DNA of 64,000 nt from an uncultured Nitrososphaerales archaeon (GTDB taxonomy: Archaea > Thermoproteota > Nitrososphaeria > Nitrososphaerales > Nitrososphaeraceae). The stretch lies in NCBI GenBank assembly GCA_963695855.1, contig CAVOHZ010000010.1, positions 1-64,000 of the forward strand. Reading direction: 5' to 3'. The position numbers and the translations under genes are program-made. The notes under the pieces were generated by a model. That model ran no database searches. It saw only the letters and a list, made by a program, of their open reading frames with translations, and was not told the origin of the DNA. Positions 43,939-53,346 of the stretch are shown here, in pieces; position 1 is the first letter of the stretch; the number at the start of each line of letters is the position of its first letter.

Positions 43939-44142
43939 TTGTGTATATGTGATATAATGATAAATAATCCTATGGATTATTCAGATTTGAACTTTCGGGA
44001 TGATAATAACGATGATCATTTCAAAATTTTTGGTAAAAAAGCAATTGATGTAGATTATAACCTGTTCGGTTATTGTGATTTTTGTAACACAAGAATAGAC
44101 GAATTTGGATTCTGTGCGTGTAGTGGCGGCGCAGCTGATTAA
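43939..44142 (+). CDS. Small putative Zn-finger protein (CxxC...CxC)
   Basis: FGYCDFCNTRIDEFGFCAC; the start is probably a downstream Met. Confidence 0.65.
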   Translation: MCICDIMINNPMDYSDLNFRDDNNDDHFKIFGKKAIDVDYNLFGYCDFCNTRIDEFGFCACSGGAAD

Positions 44143-44303
44143 TAAAGTTAAAGGTAAACAATAACAACAACGACAACAACAAGAAGAAGAAAGTGAAATA
44201 GATTTTTCTTTCAATTTCCTCTATCTATTTCATTGATATTTCTTCTTCAAATTATCGAGTCGAGAAATTATTTTATTCATTGATTTATTTCTTCTTTATT
44301 AAT

Positions 44304-45156
44304 TTATTTTTTTGTGGTAACAGTATGTGACAAATATTCATTGGAATAGGCTTTAAGCGAAAAATCACGTATTTTAAAAGTGTTGGATTTTGAAGTTACA
44401 GCAAGTCCAAATGCAGCTGTTTGTTCTGATGGAATAACGAACGGTTCTGTTACTGATTTGGTTATCCCTATTACATCTCCTTTCTTGTCATATACGGTTG
44501 CCACAACAGTAACATTACTTGCATTTTGCAATCCTTCATTCTTTATTTTTCCATTTATATAATAAAACCCTGTGAGGTCCAGACGACTATTAACAGATTC
44601 AATAAAAAGGCTTTCGGGTTTACTTTCTTGTTTGTTTCCAGTTTGAAAGTTTGTCTTTATTGTAAAATTTTTTACATTCTCAGATGTAGAAGGGTCCAGG
44701 TAGATAATTTCAAATGGCGAGATTTCATTAGGATTTATAACACTAATCTCAGGATGTCTATAATATTCGCCAAGCACAAGTCCATTAGAATCGAAAAATG
44801 TTGCTTTCAACGTAATGTTGGACAAAGATTCTTCTGAATCGTTGCTAATTTCACCCAGGATGTAAAGATAACCAAATTCGTCTACATATTGTGAGGTGTT
44901 ATTTATAGTAAAAGAAGAGGAAGAAGAGGAGGCTGGAAGAGGGATAAACTTGTACCATATTTTCTGCTATTGATATTGAAATAACTGAAAGAACAATTGC
45001 ACTAACGATGGGAAAAATAAAAAAATGCTTTTTAGATGATTTTTTCTCTTTCAAGAATAGAAATTTTAATACAAGATTATTTAAGCATTCAATAAACATC
45101 TTTGTTTGTGTTCTTGGTATTTTAAATAAATGAGATTCAATTTCTAAAATGATCAA
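44304..45156 (-). CDS. FxLYD-domain protein (two domains) with signal anchor; frameshift near 44905
   Basis: YILGEISN...ATFFDSNG and YINGKIKN...ATVYDKKGDVIG domains. ORF 44899..45156 supplies the hydrophobic N-terminus. Confidence 0.75.
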
Positions 45157-45401
45157 CGCATATATCGGATCAAGAACATTAAAGATTAAAATTTAGACAA
45201 TTTTAATAGAAAGGAAGACAAAAATTGGCAATGGGTAAATTCAAGATCGAAAAGATATCTTTTGGATGCCTTCCTTACGATATCTTGTCAATCAAATAAT
45301 AGATAGATATTTAATCTTATTTTTGATATATTTCATCTCCTACAAACTTTTTATTATTATTATAATGAAATGATTTTATTTACAAAATAAACCAGATATG
45401 A

Positions 45402-46238
45402 ATGTTGGAAGAAATTTTTACGAAGGTAGGAGATTATAAAATAAGATATTTTGAATCCAAGGTAAAAGATAAGGAAAAAAATCTGTTATTTATACATGGA
45501 CTAGGATCTTCCTCCGATAGATGGCTGGATATTCCAGAAGCATTATCAAAATATTTTCATACTATAGCCGTGGACTTGGTAGGTTTCGGTATGAGTGACA
45601 AACCACAAAACATCAACTACACAATTGAAACATTTAAAAAATTTATTCTTGATTTTATCACCAGTATAGGTCTAAACGATAAAAGAATATCTCTCATTGG
45701 CCATTCACTGGGAGGCTATATCGCTCTAGAAACTGCATTATCAGTGGCAGAAAATGGAAATCAAAAAGAATTAATTGAAAAATTAGTATTAATAGATTCT
45801 TCAGGTTTACTTAAGGCTCCTACACCCTTGTTAGAACAGTATCTGGACGCAGCCATGAATCCAACACATGCAAAAGTAAAAGGTGTCTTTGAAAAGATGG
45901 CTGCGCACCCATGGAGGCTTTTGCCTGTGATAGTGGATATATTTATAAACAGAATAAATGTTCCTGGTGCAAAATACGCTTTTGAGTCTGCATATCATAA
46001 CAGCACTACAACACAAATAGAATTATCTAGATTTAAAATTATTCAGGACATTCCAACATTGATAATCTGGGGAAGTGAAGACAAGTTGATTCCAGTTGAA
46101 CATTCACAAATTTTTAATGGTTGTTTCAATAATGTTCAGTTAGAAATAATACAAGACACGGGACATGCCCCTTTTGCTGAAAAGCCAGCAATTGTTTGTG
46201 AATTGCTGCATACATTTATGGCAGACAACATACAATGA
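45402..46238 (+). CDS. Alpha/beta hydrolase
   Basis: FIHGLG, DLVGFG, GHSLGG nucleophile elbow, WGSEDK and GHAP. Confidence 0.93.
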   Translation: MLEEIFTKVGDYKIRYFESKVKDKEKNLLFIHGLGSSSDRWLDIPEALSKYFHTIAVDLVGFGMSDKPQNINYTIETFKKFILDFITSIGLNDKRISLIGHSLGGYIALETALSVAENGNQKELIEKLVLIDSSGLLKAPTPLLEQYLDAAMNPTHAKVKGVFEKMAAHPWRLLPVIVDIFINRINVPGAKYAFESAYHNSTTTQIELSRFKIIQDIPTLIIWGSEDKLIPVEHSQIFNGCFNNVQLEIIQDTGHAPFAEKPAIVCELLHTFMADNIQ

Positions 46239-46481
46239 AAAAGATTCAAAAATACAATAGTTATTCTTAGATATTTTTTCTTTTTTTAATATGTCTATAA
46301 ATATGAATAATATATGCAATTTTATATTCTCGAACTCTTTCTATTATGTTAATTACAAAATATATCATCTTATGATTTTGTCATCTAGTGTATTTTTTGT
46401 TGTGCAATGTTAACTTTCTGTTATAATTGTATTTTATGATTTGTATTCTTTCTAACTATTATATTATTCTCTCTCTGAAGA

Positions 46482-47272
46482 CTAATGTATTATCACCACA
46501 TGTGTTACACTCTTATTATACACTTGTACTGGTGTCATGTAGTTCAATGACATATGTACTCTTTTGTTATTATAGTATTTAATGAATTGTTCATGTCTTT
46601 TGAATCTAGGTCTTTCCACATCATATATACGATGCCATCTCTCTATCTTTCCAATGTAGTAGGTTTTCCTATACTACGCATAATATGTTGTATGTCATGT
46701 TCTTTGCAGAAAGAATCAAAATCTGACTGTAATTTAGAACGTGAATTATAAAATTGTGAACCATGGTCTGTCAGTATCTGTAATGGTTTTTCATACTTTC
46801 TGATTGTTCGTTTCAATAGATAAATGATCCTATCTGATGTACCTTCTATACATTTGATAGATGATAATACATATCTGCTGTGATAATCAAAAATAGATAT
46901 CAACCATTTTCCTTCATTTTCTATAACTTTTAGGTCAATCTGCCACAATTCATTTGGGAATTTACGCTCAAACCGTATGTATTTTCTCTTCTTTCTGTGG
47001 GTTTGTTGATAGGATTGTTGTTCAATGCGCTTTTGCATAAAATTCTGTATACTGTCATATGCCCTACCTTTATGTTGTATTGATTTGCAAGAGTTCCCTG
47101 TATCTTGTGTGGACAGTAATGGTATTCTTTCTTAACTGTACTACCTTCTGTTCTATCTTTTTATCTGTTCTATGAATTGTATGTGGTCTTTTACAATGAT
47201 CTTTTGGAGTGGACCCCTATTTTTGGGAATACTTTTCCCATTATTTTATAGATACTATTTTTCATTACCAAT
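46482..47272 (-). mobile_element. IS481-like (rve integrase core) transposase pseudogene
   Basis: RFERKFPNELWQID, DYHSRY, ILTDHGSQF and HMSLNYMTP; several frameshifts; paired termini not identified. Confidence 0.78.
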
Positions 47273-47732
47273 ATTTATCACCTTCTCCTCCTTTGCCTCT
47301 TTCATTTTCAATTTTGAAATGAATTAATAGGGAGTAGATATGTAGTGAGGAATGTATTTATTCTGGTTGTAGTTAAAAATGATTTATTATTGCTGATTCT
47401 GCTTCTGGTAGTTCTGAAAATATTTGATCAGATGTATATTTTTAGTGTATTGTGGAATGATTGATGTGTATTCTGTTCTGGTGTGTTGTAGTAGATATGT
47501 TCAGTTTAATCAGTACAGATATAGATTTTTAAATGATTGCTGTGTACTGTGAACGTTGTCTGTCTGATAAAGATATTGTGGTATTATGTCTTGTGTGTTA
47601 CAAGAGCATATTCAACAGAGATGATGGCATTCTCTTTTACTGCAGACAGGTAAAACAGTAACGAATTCTCTTGTAAATATATAAACATGTTGAATAGGTA
47701 ATAGATAAATAATATTTTAATTCATTTTATAC

Positions 47733-47931
47733 TTTGCGGTAGGGAGTGCATCTATCTCTATAGCAGTAGGTGACTTTGACGACGATTCTGACCTGGATCT
47801 GGCTGTAGCTGAACTTTATTCAAGATGATGTCTCCATCCTGCTTGGAAACGGTGATGGTACGTTTGGTGCAGCAAATGACTTTGCGGTAGGAGATCAACC
47901 AGTCTCTGTAGCAGTCGGTGACTTTAATTAG
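47733..47931 (+). pseudogene. Orphan FG-GAP/VCBS-type repeat fragment (C-terminal ~1.5 repeats)
   Basis: FAVGSASISIAVGDFDDDSDLDLAVA/NFIQDDVSILLGNGDGTFGAANDFAVGDQPVSVAVGDFN* with one frameshift and no start codon. Confidence 0.78.
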
Positions 47932-48374
47932 GCATCTCAACCAAAACCATCTTCCTTTATTTTTTTAATTGATATATAATACAAGTTCTATCTATTTCAA
48001 ACATTTTACAGTTGACATATATTTATTGATAAAAAGTCTTACAAGGATTTGCATCTATATCATACATTTTATAAAAAGTCAAGATTCATACTTTCTGTAA
48101 TTTGAATTTCATATAAACAATTGAGCTCTGATTCATTCATCAGTCATATAATCCCATGACCAGAAGTAAGGGTCCAAATCCCTTCACAGTTGATAGTTTA
48201 CTTGAATTACGTCCATATAATGATATATAATGATAACAAATAACTGTCATATAGAAACCGTATAGTCATGTTACTAAATCTATTTTTAAAAATTTACTAT
48301 CACGGCTTTATCATGAAAAAATCTTTATTCATGCGACGCATTTCAGATATTATCAAGTATAATATACTTAAATA

Positions 48375-48897
48375 TTGATTAAAATAGTATCAAACAAAAA
48401 AAGTGCAATCTTTTTAGCAGTTATACTAGTCGCAGGAGTTATTGGAATATCTTCTCCATTTGATGCCTATGGAGAGACTTACCAAAGTGCTAAATGTGAT
48501 AATATAAATCTCAATATCAATGATATAGGTCAAAAACAAATTCAACAACAAAATCAAGAAGACTCTCAAACATCAGCGGATGGTCAACAATTGATACCAG
48601 AAAAGGAAGAAGAATCATTGGATGTATTAACTGGCAATGCCAATGGCAATGGTAACAGCAAATCCTTACTAAACTTGGAAAAAAATATTGTAAATGTATG
48701 TGCTAACTTTGGCAACGAGGATAGTCCAGTAGTATATGGTGCATCACAAGAACAACTACCATCTTGTGAAGTAACAGTTGATACTATAACTGGATTAGGC
48801 GATATTCCTTTTAATATAGTATATGATTCTAGTTCACGAGAGAATGTATGTGACTAATTTAGCTAATGATACTGTCTCTGTCATAAATCTCTGTTGA
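48375..48897 (+). CDS. Secreted Asn-motif protein ending in a single YVTN blade (frameshift near 48830)
   Basis: Signal peptide, KCDNINLNIN...EKNIVNVCAN, then CEVTVDTITGLGDIPFNIVYD / VHERMYVTNLANDTVSVINLC*. Confidence 0.75.
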
Positions 48898-48951
48898 CAT
48901 CATCTAGATAGAACTTCAATCACTACAACCTATATAATAATTTAGATTATT

Positions 48952-50382
48952 TTATTTTTCAATCTTTTTCCATATTGTTCTGTTATCTTTATGATCTACG
49001 AGTTCAACATTAAATTCTTCCTTCAGTTTCTTACGAATATTATCTGCATTTTTAAAATCTTTTTCCGATCTAAACCTGTTTCTCTGGCTAATCATCTCAT
49101 CTATTTTTTTTATATCATCGTCAGATGGTTCCAAGATCTTTAACCCAAAAATATTCATTATTTGATTGAATACCGGTAAAATAACATCTGAAACTTTGGT
49201 AGTTACCGTTTCTTTTGAAGCGCTATTATTTATCTCTGAAACAAATTTCATAAATTCTCCAAGTGCTTTAGAGGTATTCAAATCGTTATCAAGATAATTT
49301 TTGATACTATCAATAGTCTTTTTTGAAAGTTCTATAGCCTCAGATATCATGTCTTGTTCTGTATCTTGACCCTGTTTTTCTTTTTCTTCCTCTTCTTCTT
49401 TATCTAAGGGAAATTTCAATTCATAGTAGCTATTTTCTATCAATCTCCACTTTGTTAAAGCTTCCAAAAGATTTGCCTCAGAGTAATCTAGTGGTTTTGA
49501 ATACTGTGTAGATAAACATAAAACCCTAATCGTATTTGAGCCCCACCTGTCAATGGCATTACCTATAGATACGATGTTGCCAAGAGATTTGGACATCTTT
49601 TCCGAATTGATATTTACCATCCCACAATGCATCCAAATTTTTGCAAAGTCCGTGTTTGTGGTCGCTTCAGATTGTGCTATCTCGTTTTCATGATGTGGAA
49701 AAATAAGATCATTTCCACCTCCATGAATATCAATGGTCTTTCCAAGGTGCTTCAATGCCATTGCAGAACATTCAATATGCCATCCGGGACGGCCTTTGCC
49801 CCAGGGACTTTCCCAGATTGGTTCCTCTTTGAAAAACTTCCAGAGCGCAAAATCAAGCGGATCTTTTTTTGTTGGATCTATCTCTATCCTTGCACCCGCT
49901 TCAAGAGCCTCTCCGCTCTTTTTGGATAGTTTTCCATATACTGGAAACTTTTTAACATGATAGTATACACCGTTTAAAGTGACATAGGCATACCCCTTTT
50001 CTATCAAAAATCGGATGAGATCTATCATCTCTTTGATATGTTCTGTAGCCTTTGGGTATTTGATATCAGGTAATAGATTTAACCTTGAAAAATCATCGAA
50101 ATATTTTTCAATGTATTTCTCTGAAACATCTTTTGGCGAGACACCAAGATCTTTTGCTTTTTTTATAATCTTGTCATCAACATCTGTAAAATTTTGAATA
50201 AACTCTACATCATATCCTTTAGATTTTAGATATCTGTGGAGTACGTCAAAAATGACTATGGTTCTTGCATGTCCAATATGAGAATCGTCGTAAACTGTTA
50301 CTCCGCATACATATATCTTGGCAGTGTTATCCTTTACAATTAATTCATCGTATGCCCTAGATAAGGTATTATAAAGCTTCAA
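48952..50382 (-). CDS. cysS: Cysteine--tRNA ligase
   Basis: YVCGVTVYD..HIGH, GRPGWHIECSAM, FPHHENE and KMSKS. Confidence 0.97.
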   Translation of the reverse strand: MKLYNTLSRAYDELIVKDNTAKIYVCGVTVYDDSHIGHARTIVIFDVLHRYLKSKGYDVEFIQNFTDVDDKIIKKAKDLGVSPKDVSEKYIEKYFDDFSRLNLLPDIKYPKATEHIKEMIDLIRFLIEKGYAYVTLNGVYYHVKKFPVYGKLSKKSGEALEAGARIEIDPTKKDPLDFALWKFFKEEPIWESPWGKGRPGWHIECSAMALKHLGKTIDIHGGGNDLIFPHHENEIAQSEATTNTDFAKIWMHCGMVNINSEKMSKSLGNIVSIGNAIDRWGSNTIRVLCLSTQYSKPLDYSEANLLEALTKWRLIENSYYELKFPLDKEEEEEKEKQGQDTEQDMISEAIELSKKTIDSIKNYLDNDLNTSKALGEFMKFVSEINNSASKETVTTKVSDVILPVFNQIMNIFGLKILEPSDDDIKKIDEMISQRNRFRSEKDFKNADNIRKKLKEEFNVELVDHKDNRTIWKKIEK

Positions 50383-50426
50383 AATACATTTCTAAATAAG
50401 TTAAAAATAATCAATTTATAAAGATT

Positions 50427-50756
50427 TTAGGACTCGCTTGTTTTTGACTCTTTCAAGTCTAGATAGATATCATTTCCCCTTACTTCCAATGGGAAAGTTT
50501 CTAGTTTAACGCCTTGCAGATAATCTAAAAGTTCCCCTGTTCTAATATTGTAATGCCAAGAGTGAAGTGGACATTCAACCACTTCCCCATCGATTTTTCC
50601 TGGTGCTAGGGATCCATCCTGATGTCTGCATAAAGCCTCCAAAGCAAAAAACTTGTCATTAGCATGAAAGATCGCAATTCTGTTTCCGTTGACATTGACT
50701 TCTTTTCCCTTATTCTCCAAAATATCGCTAGTCTGAGCTACTTTTATCCATGTCAT
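50427..50756 (-). CDS. Rieske [2Fe-2S] ferredoxin
   Basis: CRH and CPLH motifs; 109 aa. Confidence 0.92.
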   Translation of the reverse strand: MTWIKVAQTSDILENKGKEVNVNGNRIAIFHANDKFFALEALCRHQDGSLAPGKIDGEVVECPLHSWHYNIRTGELLDYLQGVKLETFPLEVRGNDIYLDLKESKTSES

Positions 50757-50772
50757 TGTAATTTTACTATTG

Positions 50773-50824
50773 ATTTTCTTCTAGTCCATATATAATTTTC
50801 TTCTAGTCCATATATAATTTTCTT
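50773..50824 (-). repeat. 22-bp tandem duplication of a BRE/TATA-like segment upstream of the Rieske gene
   Basis: attttcttctagtccatatata at 50773 and 50795; the minus strand reads GAAAATTATATA twice. Confidence 0.75.
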
Positions 50825-50929
50825 GCTTGTATTAAATGGAGAAATAAACTTGTCTTTAACCGGGAACTATGCTAAAAAAAAGAGTTTTGAAGACTTTCTT
50901 TTTTCATAGTTGAAAAAATAAGAATTAAA

Positions 50930-51280
50930 ATGTGGGTACGCTGCAGTTACTGCAGTAACTGCAACTTGAGGTTCGATTATCGGTGTAAATTTTGTGATCA
51001 GACTTCCAGTAGAAGATGGAATATAGAAAAACACGTACAGAGAAAACATGTTGCTATGTTTAACCACTTTGATTCTCTAGGCTTTAGGCCTGGTCTCTAT
51101 GAGGCGATTATAAGAACACGAAGAGCACCTGATGATAAAGGATCCTCCCCTTTTGTAGAAACAAAGAAAAATATAAGAAAACTCAATGATGATGAATTGT
51201 ATCATATATCTGCCTTCATCTCTCGTATCCAAAAGAGTCGTAAAAAGAGGGTGTACAGCGACTATGGGCAATTTCTCTGA
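50930..51280 (+). CDS. Small C2H2 zinc-finger protein
   Basis: YRCKFCDQTSSRRWNIEKHVQRKH; start uncertain. Confidence 0.62.
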   Translation: MWVRCSYCSNCNLRFDYRCKFCDQTSSRRWNIEKHVQRKHVAMFNHFDSLGFRPGLYEAIIRTRRAPDDKGSSPFVETKKNIRKLNDDELYHISAFISRIQKSRKKRVYSDYGQFL

Positions 51281-52336
51281 TTTTGATTTTATCCAAAAAA
51301 ACTGTACTGAAAATTACTCATTAGTCATCGAAAGGGGATTATTGGAAGCTGAAATAGAGTCATATGATTTTGATAGATGACTAAAATCCACATAGTATAC
51401 TGAACATTTATCAGAACTTTAAAAACTTATAGAAATATTTCTTTATTAGAAAATAATTTTTGATTTCGTTTATGAATTTTAATTCTTATTAAAGATTTTA
51501 TGTAATGAGTAACGAAGATATAAGCGAGAACCTGCCTTTTTTGTTGTTTACAAGTGTTAAACTGACCCTTTCTACAATATTACTAGAATCGCCAAGAGTA
51601 CAAAAATTTTCTTTTAGATATAGGAAGAAGTATTGGACTGATCTGTAACGCCACAAAAGGAAACGTACAAAATTGACAAAACTATGTATAGTTTATTGGG
51701 AAAAATGTACATTAAACAACGCGAAGAGCTATGTCTGTACACGAAGTGTGATACACGTCAGGCAAAAAAATAGTTGGCTCTATCATTCTTCATTCTTATA
51801 TTATTATATTATTGATTGCATGTTTTTGAAATTGTCAATTAGATTAAGGATGTGACATTCCATCGGTATATTATGTGGAACAGTTGGCTCGTCTATATAT
51901 ACAGTAATACGTTTGATCTTTTTATAATTCTAGAACAAATTTTCGACATCTAATATTGGGGACTAATGCGTGTACTATCTTTGAAGGATTATAGGAAGTT
52001 GAAGAGACTGTATAATATCATCTTTTCATAGCAAACCTTACTCATATACTATATTTTGGGTATACTCGCATCTTTGGTTCCCTGTGTTGTTATACACGTA
52101 ATATCCTTAGCCTTTAGTAGGGTTTGAGTCAAGTATTACATTGGTAAATATAATGATAGATATTTTTTCTTATTGCAGTAGAAAAAATAAAAAACTTTAC
52201 GATTTATGGAAATTGTACTTTTGTTATTATAAAAAAGAAATAGAAAAAATATTACTTTTAATTATATCGATGAAAGTTATTAAAATATTTTTAGAATATC
52301 TCAAATATTATAACCTAAAGTAACAAATTAACTAAA

Positions 52337-53113
52337 GTGAAGAATGCTTTGTTATCAAAAAGTAAGGAAGAATTAGATACCATTAACAGTTTCAATTATC
52401 AATGGACTCATTTATCTGATTCTAAATATCTACTTACTGAAGAGTCCTGGAAATCCAATGTTGATCAATACATACTTGACGAATTGTCCGTTAGTAGGAA
52501 ATGGATTATGAATAAAACTGTCATTGATGTTGGGTGCGGAGGCGGTCGCTGGAGTTATGGTTTTGCAAAGCTTGGTTGTAAAGTCACATCTGTAGATATT
52601 TCTGAAGGACCTTGCGAACTAGCTAAACGAAATGTTCCTCAAGCTGATGTGATCATATCAGACTTATTCGAATTAGAAAAAGCATTGAGCAACAGAAAAT
52701 TTGACATAGTTTGGTGCTGGGGAGTGATCCATCATACTTCTAATCCACATAGAGCTTTTGAAGCTCTGACAAAATTGATGCACCAAAATAGTATTATACA
52801 TTTGTATGTCTATAGTTTTAAGAGAGGTATAAAAGTAAAAAGTTTGCGTAAATCATTAAAGTTCTTCTCTTTGAAAAACCGAGAAGCAATAATTCAATTT
52901 TTGATTAAAACTGGAATTCTACATGGCAGCGTACATGAATTATATGATTCCTTATCGACACAAATAAATCATGAAATAGAAGAATCAGTATTGAAGAGAT
53001 GGTTTGAAGAATATAATTTAAAATATAAAAGATACACTCCACAATGGGCTCGTAATAGCAGAGATCTTTTCGTAACTGGCTCTAAGATATCTGAAAGTAC
53101 AAATAAAATATAG
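52337..53113 (+). CDS. Class I SAM-dependent methyltransferase
   Basis: VIDVGCGGGR, VDIS and FDIVWCWGVIHHT. Confidence 0.92.
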   Translation: MKNALLSKSKEELDTINSFNYQWTHLSDSKYLLTEESWKSNVDQYILDELSVSRKWIMNKTVIDVGCGGGRWSYGFAKLGCKVTSVDISEGPCELAKRNVPQADVIISDLFELEKALSNRKFDIVWCWGVIHHTSNPHRAFEALTKLMHQNSIIHLYVYSFKRGIKVKSLRKSLKFFSLKNREAIIQFLIKTGILHGSVHELYDSLSTQINHEIEESVLKRWFEEYNLKYKRYTPQWARNSRDLFVTGSKISESTNKI

Positions 53114-53346
53114 AAACTATTAAATTAATTATAATACTAAAATATCTATGTTTTATTCATTCATGAAAGAATTTATTAAAAACAAATCTATTTTGCGATT
53201 AAAAAGTAATGATATTTTCGATTAAATTATCTTTTTTTGCTTTTAAAAATTTGATTTTGTAAAATGGCAAATTAACTGATAAAAATTAGATGATTACTTA
53301 TTAAATATTTTCCTTATTACAATAAAAAAATTCTTTTCAAAAAAAA

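Noticed and set aside
46486-47602. gtattat...gtgttaca at both sides of the IS481-like gene as terminal IRs
   Set aside because: The two copies are in direct, not inverted, orientation, so the element ends could not be defined.
48952-50382. cysS as part of the Cys-rich protein system
   Set aside because: Ordinary housekeeping gene 17 kb away and on the other strand; nothing in the sequence links it.
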